Source: Octopus sinensis (lineage: Eukaryota). Taken from it: a stretch of DNA of 12,360 nucleotides. The translations under genes were made by a program, and so were the position numbers. The stretch is from positions 1-12,360 of the forward strand of contig NW_021833385.1 of assembly GCF_006345805.1 (NCBI RefSeq), given 5' to 3'. The notes below the pieces were generated by a model. The model did no database searches, was not told the origin of the DNA, and saw nothing but the letters and a program-made list of their open reading frames with translations. Below, piece by piece: positions 10,924-12,360 of the stretch. Numbering within the stretch: the first letter of the stretch is position 1; each line of letters begins with the position of its first letter.

Positions 10924-12006
10924 CCAAATGTGGCTGTTGCCAGTGAACATGAACCAAATATCAATGGAAACAGTAGTTGTGATACTTGTCGGTTCTGTCA
11001 CAAAAATCACCATCCAAATGTGAGTTGCAGTGAACATTGAACCAAATATCATGGAAACAGTAGTTGTGATACCTGTGACGGTGACACATAAAAATCACCA
11101 TCCAAACATGGCCGTTGCCAGTGAACATGAGCCAAATATCAATGGAAACAGTAGTTGTGATACGGTAACGGTGACACATAAAAATCACCATCCAAACGTG
11201 GCGTGCCAGTGAACATTGAACCAAATATCAATGGAAAAAGTAGTTGTGATACCTGTACCGGTGTGTCACATAAAAATCACCATCCAAACGTAGCCCGTGC
11301 CAGTGAACATTGAACCAAATATCAATGGAAACAGTAGTTGTGATACCTGTACCGGTGTCAATATAAATCACCATCCAAACGTGGCCGTTGCCAGTGAACA
11401 TGAACCAAATATCAATGAAAACAGCAGTTGTGATACCTGTACCGTGACACGTAAAAAATCACCATCCAGACGTGTCCGTTGCCAGTGACATTGAACGAAT
11501 ATAACTTTAAATAGGGGTTGTGATACCTGTTAGTGGTGTCATAAAATCACCGTCCAAAACGTGCCGTTGCCAGTGAACATTGAACAATATCATGTAAGCA
11601 GTATGTAATACCTGTGACCGGTGTCACATAAAAAAATCACCATCCAAACATGGCCGTTGCCAGTGAACATTGAACAAAATATCAATGGAAAAAGTAGTTG
11701 TGTTACCTGTACCGGTGACACATAAAAATCACCATCAACGTGGCCGTTGCCAGTGAACATTGAACCAAATATCATGGAAACAGTATTGTGATACCCGTAC
11801 GGTGGGGTCGTCACATAAAAATGACCATCCAAACGTGGCCATTGCCATTGAACATTGAACCAAATATCAATGGAAACAGTAGGTGTGATACCTGTGCCGG
11901 TGTCACATAAAAATCACCATCCAAACGGGGCGTTGCCAGTGAACATTGAACCAAAATCTCATTGGGAAACAGTAGTTGTGATACCTGTCTGTGAAAAAAT
12001 CACCAT
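10924..12006 (+). repeat. Truncated higher-order repeat copy 5 (about 1083 bp, 12 monomers), spanning the junction at 11374
   Basis: Five monomers from the HOR start are joined at about 11374 to seven monomers from the HOR end that are identical to window positions 1-633. The junction may be an artefact. Confidence 0.55.
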
Positions 12007-12360
12007 CCAAAGTGGCCGTTGCCAGTGAACATTGAACTAATATCAATGGAAACAGTAGTTGTGATACTTGTACCGGTGTCACATAAAAATCACCATCCAA
12101 ATGTGGATGTTGCCAGTGAAACATTGAACCAAATATCAATGGAAACAGTAGTTGTGATACCTGTGACGGTGACACATAAAAATCACCATCCAAACATGGG
12201 CGTTGCAGTGAACATTGAGCAAAATATCAATGGAAACAGTAGTTGTGATACCTGTAACGGTGACACATAAACATCACCATCCAAAACGTGGCCGTTGCCA
12301 GAGTAAACATTGAACCAAATATCAATGGAAACAGTAGTTGTGATACCTGTACCGGTGTCA
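11374..12360 (+). repeat. Terminal direct repeat, right copy
   Basis: Identical to 1-638 up to position 12011. Beyond that it carries the same ordered variant monomers as 639-986 (TACTTGTACC, TGTGGATGTT, GAGCAAAA, TAAACATCACC, AGTAAACATT) but with different indels. Confidence 0.93.

Larger units (their letters stand above)
1..12360. repeat. Tandem satellite-type array of a 92-bp monomer, about 134 head-to-tail copies, running off both window ends
   Basis: CCAAACGTGG-type unit starts recur every 92 bp in clean regions (5044, 5136, 5228, 5320, 5412). All copies have the same orientation and no unique sequence interrupts them. 12360/92 = 134.3. Confidence 0.99.

Noticed and set aside
217-12270. 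All ORFs in the six-frame track (60-191 aa; motifs VSQLLFPLIFGSMFTGNGHVW, ITTTVSIDIWFNVHWQRPRLDGDF, NQISMETVVVIP)
   Set aside because: 92 is not divisible by 3, so a reading frame cycles through all three phases. On the minus strand the consensus has TGA at unit positions 5, 16 and 52, so every continuous frame stops within three units. Longer ORFs such as 1347..1922 exist only through indels, and ORFs appear in all frames on both strands with no recognisable domain.
1-12360. CRISPR array
   Set aside because: There are no unique spacers; the entire 92 bp is conserved between units. No cas genes or leader sequence are present.
1-12360. TIGR-like or other guide-RNA array
   Set aside because: There are no alternating conserved and hypervariable 9-nt spacer segments. 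The only variable patch is about 6 nt, has few alleles and repeats with the HOR. No associated protein gene is in the window.
1-12360. Plasmid iterons, replication origin, promoters or terminators
   Set aside because: Iterons are short (~20 bp), few in number and lie next to a rep gene and an AT-rich region, none of which is seen here. The hairpins lack U-tracts and have no gene context.

Overview
The whole 12,360-bp window is one head-to-tail tandem array of a 92-bp monomer (about 134 copies, consensus about 42% GC, A-rich on the + strand): CCAAACGTGGCCGTTGCCAGTGAACATTGAACCAAATATCAATGGAAACAGTAGTTGTGATACCTGTACCGGTGTCACATAAAAATCACCAT. There is no unique flanking sequence and no credible gene. 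All listed ORFs are repeat-derived and are lengthened only by indels. Diagnostic variant monomers recur in a fixed order and define a higher-order repeat (HOR) whose successive copies are about 35, 32, 26, 19 and 12 monomers long. The two ends of the window form a ~987-bp direct repeat (1-986 vs 11374-12360), and its first 638 bp are base-for-base identical even through error-like indels. That points to an assembly overlap or loop rather than biology, although a circular satellite molecule is not excluded. Best reading: a satellite DNA array, probably eukaryotic and possibly CpG-methylated, assembled from noisy long reads. I do not recognise the family, and I see no support for a novel protein-coding or guide-RNA system.
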